Source: Candidatus Limnocylindria bacterium
GTDB lineage: Bacteria; Chloroflexota; Limnocylindria; QHBO01
DNA: 64,000 nucleotides
Assembly (NCBI GenBank): GCA_038233215.1
Contig: JBBSML010000009.1
Coordinates: forward strand, 12,688 to 76,687
Direction of reading: 5' to 3'
Shown: positions 20,042 through 29,091 of the stretch, one piece after another
Position numbering within the stretch: position 1 is the stretch's first letter
How the letters are laid out: the number at the start of each line of letters is the position of its first letter
The notes under the pieces: generated by a model
Told to the model about the DNA's origin: nothing
Database searches by the model: none
What the model saw: only the letters and a program-made list of their open reading frames with translations
Program-made: the position numbers and the translations under genes

Positions 20042-20605
20042 CTATTCCCGGAGCGCGAGGAAGCCGCCGTCGGCGGCGCGGGCCATGACGAAGAGCAGAT
20101 CAGCGAGGCGATTCAGGTAGGCCACGACGTGCGAATCCGGCAAGCCACCATCTTCCGCCAGGGCAACCGAATGACGCTCCGCACGACGGATTGTCGTGCG
20201 GGCCAGGTCAAGTGCGGCGCCTGTGATGGACTCGCCCGGCAGCACGAACTCCTTCGGCTGCTCGACCATGGCCTCGAGCGCGTCGATCTCAGCCTCGAGA
20301 GCGTCGACCATCGGCTGGGTCACGCGCGAGACACCATCGGTCAGGCGGATGCGACGATCGGTGTGGGTGGCGAGCTCGGCACCCACCACGAAAAGCTCGC
20401 GCTGGAGTCGCACGATGAGCTCGGTAAGGCGAGTGACGGTCGGATCGTTGCCTGCACCGATCGCGGCCCGTGCCAACCCGAGCGCCGACACGGCCTCGTC
20501 CGTGGTGCCGTACGCATGCGTCCGTGGGTCCGATTTACTCACCCGGGCGCCGCCGAAGAGCAGTCCCGTGGTGCCGCTATCGCCCTTGCGCGTGTAGATC
20601 CGCAT
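20042..20605 (-). CDS. Cob(I)yrinic acid a,c-diamide adenosyltransferase (PduO type)
   Basis: MRIYTRKGDSGTT, YGTTDEA, RTTIRRAER, YLNRLADLLF. Confidence 0.93.
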   Translation of the reverse strand: MRIYTRKGDSGTTGLLFGGARVSKSDPRTHAYGTTDEAVSALGLARAAIGAGNDPTVTRLTELIVRLQRELFVVGAELATHTDRRIRLTDGVSRVTQPMVDALEAEIDALEAMVEQPKEFVLPGESITGAALDLARTTIRRAERHSVALAEDGGLPDSHVVAYLNRLADLLFVMARAADGGFLALRE

Positions 20606-20627
20606 GGTCAGAGCCCCCGAGATCGGC

Positions 20628-20918
20628 CTAGAAGAGGCCGGGCGGTGGCTCCCAGCGCTCGGCGAGGAGCGTGACCTTGACGGGCGGTCCAACGACCTCT
20701 TCGGTCTTCGCCTTCACCGTCTGGATCAGCTCGCCCGCCCACGGACAGAACGGCGTGGTGAGAATCATCTTGACCTCGGTCGGGCCACCATCCACCCCGA
20801 GCTCGACGGCCTTGATGAGATCAAGGTCGACAATGCTCATCCCGATCTCCGGATCCTGGATCTCGTACAGCGCGGTCATCACCTCGTCCACCTTGGCGAG
20901 GTTTGCGTCGATCGTCAT
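20628..20918 (-). CDS. Metal-sulfur cluster assembly factor (SufT/DUF59)
   Basis: DPEIGMSIVDLDLI, LTTPFCP, WEPPP. Confidence 0.88.
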   Translation of the reverse strand: MTIDANLAKVDEVMTALYEIQDPEIGMSIVDLDLIKAVELGVDGGPTEVKMILTTPFCPWAGELIQTVKAKTEEVVGPPVKVTLLAERWEPPPGLF

Positions 20919-20975
20919 GGCGACAGTGTACGCCGCGGCGCGGCCAATCACCGGCGGCAGCCCAGCTTCGGGTTG

Positions 20976-21113
20976 CTACTGGTTACAGCTTCCGATCAGG
21001 GAGCACCAGAAGGTCGGCATGGACATCGTCGCCAGGCCAAGCAGCACCACGAGGAGAAGCGCGAACCCGAACAGTGCCCACGCGACCCGGGTCCGAGCCG
21101 ACCGGCGTCTCAC
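20976..21113 (-). CDS. 45-aa single-pass membrane peptide (not in the ORF track)
   Basis: GTG start 2 nt after the upstream stop; MRRRSARTRVAWALFGFALLLVVLLGLATMSMPTFWCSLIGSCNQ*. Confidence 0.6.
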   Translation of the reverse strand: MRRRSARTRVAWALFGFALLLVVLLGLATMSMPTFWCSLIGSCNQ

Positions 21114-21115
21114 GG

Positions 21116-21841
21116 TCAGAGAAGGACGCTGTCGAATTCCGGATGAGGCGCCAGCACGAGCGGGCGGACGCGGTGGTACCCCTCGTAGATCGGTCCGCCC
21201 GAGTCGACGGCGGCCTTCAGGGCAGCGAGCTCATCCCCGATGTCGGCCTGGCTCGCATGGCAGCCAAGCGCCTCGACTTTGCGTCCGGCCACGTGGGTGA
21301 TCTCGATGCGGTGCGTCGCTGATTGCTCCTCCGAAGACAGGTCGTAGCGGTTCCCGCTGGGATCGAAAATGGGGCTGATGACGTACACCGCGTGCGGCGC
21401 GGTGCCGGCATCGGCGAGGCGCTCGACCGCCCATCGGGTGGCGCTGCCGACCAGAATGTGGTCCGGGTGGCCGGTGACGCCATGAGGCCCGAAGGTGATG
21501 ATCGCCGCCGGTCGGCGATCGGCGAGCCAGGCGGTGATCTCGTCCACGAGCCTGTCGAACGGCTGATCGGCAATGCCACCATCGGCGTACCCGTCCAGCA
21601 GCGAGACCTCATCGAGACCGATGGTGCGGGCGGCGCAGATGAGCTCTGCCTCGCGGCGGTCGCCCAGAACCGGGTCGGATGTTCCGTCCGCCGAACCCGC
21701 CTCGCCCCGGGTGACGACGAGCAGCCGCGTCGTGACGCCGGCGTCATGAGCTACGGCGAGCGCGCCCGCGCAGCCGAAACTCTCATCATCAGGATGGGCA
21801 AGGACGGCCGCCAAGCCGCCCGGGGCGATCGAGTAGCTCAC
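21116..21841 (-). CDS. PIG-L/LmbE family deacetylase
   Basis: LAHPDDESFG, TRGEAG, GHPDH, HASQ. Confidence 0.9.
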   Translation of the reverse strand: MSYSIAPGGLAAVLAHPDDESFGCAGALAVAHDAGVTTRLLVVTRGEAGSADGTSDPVLGDRREAELICAARTIGLDEVSLLDGYADGGIADQPFDRLVDEITAWLADRRPAAIITFGPHGVTGHPDHILVGSATRWAVERLADAGTAPHAVYVISPIFDPSGNRYDLSSEEQSATHRIEITHVAGRKVEALGCHASQADIGDELAALKAAVDSGGPIYEGYHRVRPLVLAPHPEFDSVLL

Positions 21842-22212
21842 CGGTTCTCCTCGGTCGGGTGGTTTTCCTCGTCATCATCCGAGAGCAGGGTCCACCCCTG
21901 CCGCTCGACGCTCGTCCGCATCGTACGCAGGACGGCGAGCTTACCGCTGGCGACCTCCGCAATAAAGCTGCGTGTGCCCGCGTCATCGAACGAAGAACCG
22001 GGCGGCGCGCTTCCCCGCCCGACGTTGAGCCACGCGAGGTGGTAGCGGTCCATCCGACCCCAGACACGCTCGAGGAGCGCATCGGAGTCGATGAGCCAGA
22101 CACGGAAGCGATCCCAGGCCGGCTCGGCGACCAGCGCGTCCCCGATCTCGATGAGCGCATCGGTTGCAGCAAGGAATGCTGCGCGGGACATGACGGCGGG
22201 ACGGGCGTTCAC
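21838..22212 (-). CDS. Hypothetical protein
   Basis: Coupled to the PIG-L gene by a 4-bp overlap; plausible composition. Alternative start ATG ~22191. Confidence 0.6.
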   Translation of the reverse strand: MNARPAVMSRAAFLAATDALIEIGDALVAEPAWDRFRVWLIDSDALLERVWGRMDRYHLAWLNVGRGSAPPGSSFDDAGTRSFIAEVASGKLAVLRTMRTSVERQGWTLLSDDDEENHPTEENR

Positions 22213-22292
22213 GGGCGCCGAGTATAGGAGGCTCCCGATCCGCGGTCGTTTGTACCATTGCCGCGGTCACATCGGTCTCTGACACTCGCCGT

Positions 22293-23921
22293 ATGGAACC
22301 GCGCCCAAGCCGCTCCGGGATTCGCGGGGTGCTCGCCTTGCTGGCGATCGCGTCACTGCTGACGCCCGTCCTCGTGCTGCGAGCGCTCCCGCCCGCGGAC
22401 CTCGCCTCGAACGGCCTCGGGTGGGTGACGCTGGTGCTCGCAGCCGTCGGGGCGGCGACCGCCACGATTGCAGCGCTGGCGTCCCTCGTCCATGGGCTGC
22501 GCCATGGCTCGCTGGCCTCGCTGTTCCTGGCCGCAGGATCGGCCGCAATCATCGGCGGCTCGATCTCGCTGGTCAGCGGTACGGGGAGTGTCGCGCTCTC
22601 GATTGCGGCAGCCGCGCTGCTCTTCCTCGGCGCGTCGATCGGCCAGCGCGTCGGAGCCTTCGTGGCTGGCCCGCGGCGACGAGTCGTGACCGCCGGCCTG
22701 CTCCTCGGATTGGCCGAAGCGGTCCTCCTGGCCGGGCTCATCCCACCGCTGGCGGACGCACTCCGCCCCCACGGACCGGCGATCCTGCTGGCCAGCGGTG
22801 TGCTGAGCGGGATCGCCGCGATCATCGTCACCACCAGCGACCTTGCCCCGGCGGCAGGGACGCTGTCGGTCGCCGCCTTCGCCCGTGCGCTTGCTCGCGG
22901 AGACGGCGCGGAGATCTCCTTCGGCCTCGCTGCACTCACCGGAGCCGGGCTGCTGACCACCCGCTCGATCACGGACACCAGGGTCATTGAGACGGTCGAG
23001 GTCACCAGCGAGCCATTGCCGCCGCTCGCGACCCAGCTCTCGCAGGGCGTTCTCCGCTTCGACGGCCAGCTCCGACTGCAGTCCTGGAACCCGGCCGCGG
23101 CCACGCTCCTCGGACTGGACGTGGCCTCCGGTGGTGAGCGCCTCGAGGATCTTCTCGGCATGTCGCTGGCGCAGCTGCCAGCGGGTTCCGAGACCGTCCT
23201 GCACCGAACGCGGATCGGTGGTCTCGACCTCTCCGTCCACCGCGACGAGAGGGGCATCACGGTTGTGATCCACGACCCGGGGGGCTCGATCGACTCGCAA
23301 GGGCTGGGGCGCGAGCTGCGTGCCACCATCGAAGAGCTGCTGGGAGCGCGGCGCACAATCGAGCTGCAGCGTGTGGAGATCGAACGTGCCATGACCACCG
23401 ATGCACTCACCGGTGTTGCGAGCCGTGGCGCGGTCCTCGAGCGGCTGCGCATCGAAGTGGCGCAGGCGCGCAGGTACGAGCATCCGATCGCGGTGGCAGT
23501 CATCGACGTCGACCGCTTCGGTGAGATCAACCTCGCGCATGGGATCGAGGGCGGCGACGCCGTCCTCCGTGAGATCGCGCTTCGTGTCCGCCTGCGCGTA
23601 CGGGCCGCGGATGCGCTCGGCCGGTCGGACAGCGACGGGCTCCTCGCGATCCTGCCCCACACCGACGGTGACCGAGCGGCAATCTTTGCCGATGCCCTGC
23701 GTCAGCGGGTCGCTTTGCGACCGGTGACCATCGGCGATGCGGAGGTCATCGTGACCCTCAGCATCGGGGTGGCCACCATCCGGCCGGGCGAGGATCTCGA
23801 CTTCGATGGGTTGCTGGTCCGCGCTGATGCGGCGCTGGTGAGCGCGCGAGGGGCGGGCGGCAACCGCACGATGCTCGACCCGTCGCAGTCGGACGAGCCG
23901 GCGGTCGACAAGGGGGCATGA
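22293..23921 (+). CDS. Multi-TM sensor with PAS-like region, coiled coil and degenerate GGDEF domain
   Basis: About 7 TM helices; TDALTGVASR, DVDRFGEINLAHGIEGGDAVL; the GG(D/E)EF site reads DSDGL. Confidence 0.85.
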   Translation: MEPRPSRSGIRGVLALLAIASLLTPVLVLRALPPADLASNGLGWVTLVLAAVGAATATIAALASLVHGLRHGSLASLFLAAGSAAIIGGSISLVSGTGSVALSIAAAALLFLGASIGQRVGAFVAGPRRRVVTAGLLLGLAEAVLLAGLIPPLADALRPHGPAILLASGVLSGIAAIIVTTSDLAPAAGTLSVAAFARALARGDGAEISFGLAALTGAGLLTTRSITDTRVIETVEVTSEPLPPLATQLSQGVLRFDGQLRLQSWNPAAATLLGLDVASGGERLEDLLGMSLAQLPAGSETVLHRTRIGGLDLSVHRDERGITVVIHDPGGSIDSQGLGRELRATIEELLGARRTIELQRVEIERAMTTDALTGVASRGAVLERLRIEVAQARRYEHPIAVAVIDVDRFGEINLAHGIEGGDAVLREIALRVRLRVRAADALGRSDSDGLLAILPHTDGDRAAIFADALRQRVALRPVTIGDAEVIVTLSIGVATIRPGEDLDFDGLLVRADAALVSARGAGGNRTMLDPSQSDEPAVDKGA

Positions 23922-24009
23922 CCCCGACCGTGGAGGCAGCGCCGGCGTTCCGGTGTATGACGATGCGCTGGCCACCCTGTCCGGCGCGCGAACGGCGCAG
24001 CGGCCACTG

Positions 24010-24053
24010 TTATCCACCGATGTCATACAATCTGTGGGTATTATTGTTGATAA
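24010..24053. promoter_or_regulatory. AT-rich thyX upstream region with DnaA-box-like 9-mers
   Basis: TTATCCACC at 24010-24018 and inverted TGTTGATAA at 24045-24053, each 8/9 to TTATCCACA. Confidence 0.35.
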
Positions 24054-24099
24054 CCCCCTTCCCATGCGGGCGCCAGGCTGGGAACGTTGAGGCTGCCAC

Positions 24100-25041
24100 A
24101 TGCCATCCACCTCCACCGATCTGTCCGCCACGCTGATCTTCCCCACTCGGGAGATCGTGGAGGAGTACTACCTGCCGATCATCTACACCGCGTGCCGGAC
24201 GTGCTATTCGGAACAGATGCCCGACAGGATCTGGGACAAGGCGGTCAGCCGCGAAACGGCCGACGAAAAGCAGCAGAACCTGGTGCGCAAGGTGATGGAA
24301 TCGGGACACGGCTCAACCATCGAGCATGTCAATTTCACGTTCGCCATCAGCGGTGTCACCCGCACGCTGAGCCATCAGCTCGTTCGGCATCGAGCCGGCA
24401 CCGCATTCGACCAGCAGTCTCAGCGCTACGTCAGCTTCAAGCAGCGCGGCAACTACACGGTCCCCGACTCGATCACCAAGGGTGATCTGCCCGACGACCT
24501 CGCGGGCCGATTCGAGCGCGCGATCGACGACAACATGGATCTCTACGGACAGCTCCTCCAGGCCGAGGTGCCCGCCGAGGACGCGCGGTTCATCTTCCCC
24601 AACGCCATGCAGACCAACATGATCATGACGGTCAACCTGCGTCAGCTGATTCACATGTCGGGGCTGCGGCTGTGCACCATGGCCCAGTGGGAGATCCGCC
24701 AGCTCTTCAAGCAGATTCGTCACGAGGTCTTTCGCGTCAGCCCGTTCTTCGGAAGCTTTCTCGTGCCGAAGTGCGTTCCGCTCGGCTACTGCGACGAGAT
24801 GGGTAACCGAGACGAGCACTGCCGCATCAAGCCGCATCGGGACACGGTCATGGCCGTGTGGGAAGCGTATCGCGGCGGCACGCTGGCCGAGACCGATGGA
24901 CCGGTCGTTCCCGATACCAGCCCCTTCCGTCCAAAGCCGCGTCGCGTGCCGCTGCCGGTGGCGGATGACAACGTGCGCCCCGCCCACACCGAGGCATTGG
25001 GAGCCGTGCTTGGGCAGGCCGGAGGCTCCGACAGGGTCTGA
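24100..25041 (+). CDS. thyX: FAD-dependent thymidylate synthase
   Basis: GHGSTIEH, SHQLVRHR...SQRY, EDARFIFP, AQWEIR. Confidence 0.93.
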   Translation: MPSTSTDLSATLIFPTREIVEEYYLPIIYTACRTCYSEQMPDRIWDKAVSRETADEKQQNLVRKVMESGHGSTIEHVNFTFAISGVTRTLSHQLVRHRAGTAFDQQSQRYVSFKQRGNYTVPDSITKGDLPDDLAGRFERAIDDNMDLYGQLLQAEVPAEDARFIFPNAMQTNMIMTVNLRQLIHMSGLRLCTMAQWEIRQLFKQIRHEVFRVSPFFGSFLVPKCVPLGYCDEMGNRDEHCRIKPHRDTVMAVWEAYRGGTLAETDGPVVPDTSPFRPKPRRVPLPVADDNVRPAHTEALGAVLGQAGGSDRV

Positions 25042-25086
25042 CGCGCGCTACGCTGCTGACGTGGCTTCGCGCACTGACATCCCGGC

Positions 25087-26520
25087 ATGAACGTTCGGGG
25101 ACAGCTCCCAGGAAACCGGCGCGTTCGCGTGGAGCGTACGCAACCACAGGCGTTCACCGTGCGTGCGCCGAAACGAATTCGAGTGGCGCCAACGCCGGCC
25201 GCCTCACTCCTCCTGCTGTTCGCATTCCTCGTCACGGTCGGCACCGGCCTGCTCATGCTGCCGATCGCGGCGAACGATGGGAGCGCCACTCGATTCCTCG
25301 ATGCACTCTTTACCGCCACCAGCGCGGCGTGCGTCACCGGCCTGGTGGTGCTCGATACGGCGACGCACTGGAGCCCGTTCGGCCAGGTCGTGATCCTCGT
25401 GCTCGTCCAGGTCGGCGGCTTCGGGATCATGGCCGGCTCCACGCTGCTGCTCTTCCTGTTCATCGGACGCCGCACGACGTTGCGTGACCGAGTGCTGGTC
25501 CAGGAGTCGCTCGGCGGCCTCAACCTCGGATCGGTCACATCGCTCATCAAGCGAATCGCCATCTTCACGATCGTGTGCGAGACGATCGGCGCCATCATTC
25601 TCGGCATCGCCTTCACCTCGGGTCCCGAAGCGGGTCCGCCAGGTGATCCGCTCGGGATCTGGTGGGGCATCTTTCACTCGGTGTCGGCGTTCAACAACTC
25701 CGGCTTCGACCTGACCGGTGGCTTCCGAAGCCTCGGCCCGTTCGTCGACGACTGGGTCGTGCTCATAACGATCGCAATCCTGCTGACGGCCGGCGGCCTG
25801 GGATTTGCCATCGTGGGCGACGCGCTCGTCAAGCGACGCTGGTCACGCATGGCACTCGAGACCAAGCTGGTTCTGATGACCAGTGCCGTCCTGCTCGTCG
25901 GCGGTGCCGCCACAATCGGCTTCACCGAATGGACCAACCCGGCGACGCTCGGCGCACTGCCGGCCGAGCAGCGCCTCCTCAACGCGCTCTTCGAATCGGC
26001 GACGCTGCGCACCGCCGGCTTCACCGCGCTCGACACCGGCGCCTTCGCGGAATCAAGCCTGTTCGCGGTGATGGCGCTCATGTTCATCGGCGGCGCATCG
26101 GGGTCGACCGCCGGCGGAATCAAGGTCAACACCTTCAGCGTGCTTCTCATCGCGATCACCTCGACGGTGCGGGGGCCGCCATCGGCGCAGGCATTCGGCA
26201 GGCGGATCCAACACGCCATCGTCTACCGTGCGCTGGCGGTCGCGTTGCTGTCGATAGCCTTCGTCTTCGTCATCGGCCTCGGGTTGACGCTGACGACGGA
26301 TGCGACGTTCGTGCAGACGCTATTTGAGGCGGTATCGGCCTTCGGCACCGTCGGTGCGAGCACCGGAATCACGCCTGACCTGACCGATCCGGCGCGCCTG
26401 ATCACCACGTTCGCCATGTTCGTCGGCCGATTGGGTCCGTTGACGCTCGTCCTGGCCCTTGCGGCCCGCGCGCGGCCGATTCCGTATCGGCCGGCGATCG
26501 AGACCGTGCGCATCGGCTAG
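25087..26520 (+). CDS. ktrB: Ktr/Trk K+ uptake membrane subunit
   Basis: Four pore-loop Gly motifs (CVTGL, NNSGF, RTAGF, GTVG); GSTAGGIK; MFVGRLG. Confidence 0.92.
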   Translation: MNVRGQLPGNRRVRVERTQPQAFTVRAPKRIRVAPTPAASLLLLFAFLVTVGTGLLMLPIAANDGSATRFLDALFTATSAACVTGLVVLDTATHWSPFGQVVILVLVQVGGFGIMAGSTLLLFLFIGRRTTLRDRVLVQESLGGLNLGSVTSLIKRIAIFTIVCETIGAIILGIAFTSGPEAGPPGDPLGIWWGIFHSVSAFNNSGFDLTGGFRSLGPFVDDWVVLITIAILLTAGGLGFAIVGDALVKRRWSRMALETKLVLMTSAVLLVGGAATIGFTEWTNPATLGALPAEQRLLNALFESATLRTAGFTALDTGAFAESSLFAVMALMFIGGASGSTAGGIKVNTFSVLLIAITSTVRGPPSAQAFGRRIQHAIVYRALAVALLSIAFVFVIGLGLTLTTDATFVQTLFEAVSAFGTVGASTGITPDLTDPARLITTFAMFVGRLGPLTLVLALAARARPIPYRPAIETVRIG

Positions 26521-26552
26521 GCTCAACACCTATCCGGCGCAGGAGGGACACC

Positions 26553-27203
26553 ATGGCGGGAGAGCAGGTGGTCGTGATCGGCCTTGGCCGATTCGGCTCG
26601 TCGGTCGCGCGCGAGCTCGAGCGGCTCGGTCACCAGGTGCTGGCCATCGACCGCAGCGAGCAACCGGTCAACGACATCGCGTCCGACGTCACGCACGCAC
26701 TTCAGCTGGATGCGGCCGATGAAGACGCCCTGCGGTCTGCTGGCGCGGCCGATTTCCATAGCGCCATCGTGGCGATCAGCTCGGATGCGGAACCATCCAT
26801 CTTCGCCACCATGGTTCTCAAGCGGCTCGGCGTGCGCAACGTCATCGCCAAGGCGGGCAGCATCCTGCACGGCGAGATCCTGGCGCGTGTCGGGGCCGAC
26901 CGCGTCGTCTTCCCCGAACACGAGACCGGCCTGCGGCTTGCCCATTCGTTCAACGTGCCGAACGTGATCGACTACCTCGACGTGGCACCCAATTTCGGCA
27001 TCGAGAAGATCCGTCCGCCGAAGGCGTTCGTCGGCAAGTCGTTGGGCGAGCTGGACCTGAAGGGACGCATGAACCTCACGCCGATCGCGCTGCGGCGCGG
27101 CAAGCAGGTTCTCGTGAATCCCGCGCGAGACGAACGCATCGCGGAGGGTGATGAGTTGATCCTGATCGGCCAGGACCAGAATCTCGAACAGCTGCGGGGC
27201 TAG
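26553..27203 (+). CDS. ktrA: Ktr/Trk regulatory RCK subunit
   Basis: VIGLGRFG, GADRVVFPE, C-terminal RCK_C. Confidence 0.93.
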   Translation: MAGEQVVVIGLGRFGSSVARELERLGHQVLAIDRSEQPVNDIASDVTHALQLDAADEDALRSAGAADFHSAIVAISSDAEPSIFATMVLKRLGVRNVIAKAGSILHGEILARVGADRVVFPEHETGLRLAHSFNVPNVIDYLDVAPNFGIEKIRPPKAFVGKSLGELDLKGRMNLTPIALRRGKQVLVNPARDERIAEGDELILIGQDQNLEQLRG

Positions 27204-27646
27204 TTGTCGGCCGAGACTCCGTCACCCAGCGTGAAGCGGCGAAGCTCGTCCGCACCCGCGTCTGTCAGGCGGCGCGCCTCGTTGACGAGGAAGGTCGTCA
27301 TCTTCGTGGAGTCCACGATCAGGAGCGTATGTCCGCGCTCATTGCGATCGAGCACGATCCGGTCATCACCATGAAAGCTGATCCCCCAGTTCGCCTGGAG
27401 CTGCACAAGCTCGGCGAGCACGACCTTCTCACTGAAGTACCAGTCCAGGAACTCGGCGTTGAGCGCGGTGACGACGTCGCGCAGCTGGAGCGTGTCGTTG
27501 CGGCGCAGGCGAGAGACAAAGTGGACAATGCGGAGCGATGCGAATGGGTCGCCGCTCCGTGCCAGCTGGGGTGGCGCGAGCTGCGGGTCCGGCATCCCAT
27601 CCGGGGCCGGACCTACAAGCGCACTCGCGGCCATGCCGTCCGTCAA
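27200..27646 (-). CDS. Hypothetical cytoplasmic protein
   Basis: Start overlaps the sulfurtransferase stop; ordered core DPFASLRIVHFVSRL...NEARRL. Confidence 0.7.
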   Translation of the reverse strand: MTDGMAASALVGPAPDGMPDPQLAPPQLARSGDPFASLRIVHFVSRLRRNDTLQLRDVVTALNAEFLDWYFSEKVVLAELVQLQANWGISFHGDDRIVLDRNERGHTLLIVDSTKMTTFLVNEARRLTDAGADELRRFTLGDGVSADN

Positions 27647-28506
27647 TTCGCGGACGCCTCACCTGTCTCGATGGGCACGCCCACCAGCGAGCCATACTCC
27701 GTCCAGGAACCGTCGTAGTTGCGCACATTGCGGTAGCCGAGCAGCTCATGCAGCACGAACCAGGTGTGGCTTGATCGCTCGCCGATCCGGCAATAGGCAA
27801 CGACCTCGTCATCGCCGCTGACCCCCTTCGCCGCATACAGCTCGCGGAGCTGCTCGATCGGCTTGAACGTTCCGTCCTCCGCCACCGCCGTCGACCAGGG
27901 CACGTTGACCGCGCCCGGAATGTGACCACGCCGCTGCGCGGCCTCCTGGGGCAGGTGCGCCGGTGCCGAGAGCTCGCCGCGAAACTCCTCGGGCGAGCGG
28001 ACATCGATGAGATCGCGATCGTGTGAGCCGATGCCGTCGATGACCTCCTGGCGGTAGGCTCGCAGCTCCTCGCGCGTTTCGTTCGGCAGGGTGATGCTGC
28101 CGGGCGCGTGGTCCGGGGCGTCGGTGGTCAGCGGGAGGCCATCCGCCTCGACCTTGGCTCGGCCACCATCCAGCAGTTGCACGTTGTCGAGGCCCTGATA
28201 TCTGAGCTGCCAGTACGCCCAAGCGGCAAACCAGTTGTGGTTGTCACCGTAGAGAACGATCGTGGTGTCGTCATCGATCCCGGCCGCGCGCAGGAGCGTC
28301 TGGAGATCCTCGCGCGTCGCGAGATCGCGCATGACCCGGTCGGTCAGCTGGCGCCTCCAGTTGATGCCGGCGGCGCCGGGGAGGTGCCCGGTCTCGTATG
28401 CATCGGTATCGACGTCTACCTCGAGGAAGCGGACCTTCGGATCATCGAGGTGCTCCCGGGTCCAGTCGGTGCTGACCAGGGCGGTGGAGCTGTGTGCAAC
28501 GGACAT
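27643..28506 (-). CDS. Thiosulfate/3-mercaptopyruvate sulfurtransferase (tandem rhodanese)
   Basis: GHLPGA, LLDGG, DVRSPEEF, YCRIGERS, NYDGSWTEY; GAAGGAG RBS. Confidence 0.95.
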   Translation of the reverse strand: MSVAHSSTALVSTDWTREHLDDPKVRFLEVDVDTDAYETGHLPGAAGINWRRQLTDRVMRDLATREDLQTLLRAAGIDDDTTIVLYGDNHNWFAAWAYWQLRYQGLDNVQLLDGGRAKVEADGLPLTTDAPDHAPGSITLPNETREELRAYRQEVIDGIGSHDRDLIDVRSPEEFRGELSAPAHLPQEAAQRRGHIPGAVNVPWSTAVAEDGTFKPIEQLRELYAAKGVSGDDEVVAYCRIGERSSHTWFVLHELLGYRNVRNYDGSWTEYGSLVGVPIETGEASAN

Positions 28507-28629
28507 GAGGTGATCGGTGGCTCCTTCGAGCCTGTTCGACGGGCGCGCGGACTCTTGCCGCGCGGGCGGTAGGCATGGCCGGCAACTCCGACCGAACTGG
28601 TCGGAGTATCGCGCCTGCAATCGATCTGA

Positions 28630-28974
28630 TCAACCGACGCGCAGGCCCTCGTCACATCCCGGCACGGGCTGGAGCAGATGGACCTGTCCGTCCGACCCCA
28701 TGGCGCCAAGGACAAGAACCTCGCTCTCGAACCCGGCGATGCGGCGCGGCGGGAAATTGACGACGGCCACGACCTGCCGCCCGACGAGAGTCGAGGGGTC
28801 GGGGTACGTGACGGTGAGCTGCGCCGAGCAGACCCGCTCTCCGATCTCGGCGCCAAAATCGATCCGAAGCTGGTAGGACGGCTTGCGTGCAGCCGGAAAC
28901 GCACGCGCGTCAACGATCCGGCCGACCCGCATGTCGATGCGCATGAAGTCTTCGAATTCGATCATCGGCTGCAC
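28630..28974 (-). CDS. csaA: tRNA-binding / CsaA chaperone protein
   Basis: IDMRVGRI, SAQLT, VVNFPPRRIAGFESEVLVLG. Confidence 0.9.
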   Translation of the reverse strand: MQPMIEFEDFMRIDMRVGRIVDARAFPAARKPSYQLRIDFGAEIGERVCSAQLTVTYPDPSTLVGRQVVAVVNFPPRRIAGFESEVLVLGAMGSDGQVHLLQPVPGCDEGLRVG

Positions 28975-29091
28975 GATAGCGATTGGGGTGTCCGTCGGCA
29001 GGACTTTCGACCCGTTGGTGACGGGCCGTCGGACGCGTATCGTGCGATCACGGCCCCGCTACTGGCCGGTCCGATCGGATCAGGAGAAATC

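Noticed and set aside
24370-24430. ThyX motif with 8 rather than 7 spacer residues (RHR-AGTAFDQQ-S)
   Set aside because: Within the known RHRX7-8S variation.
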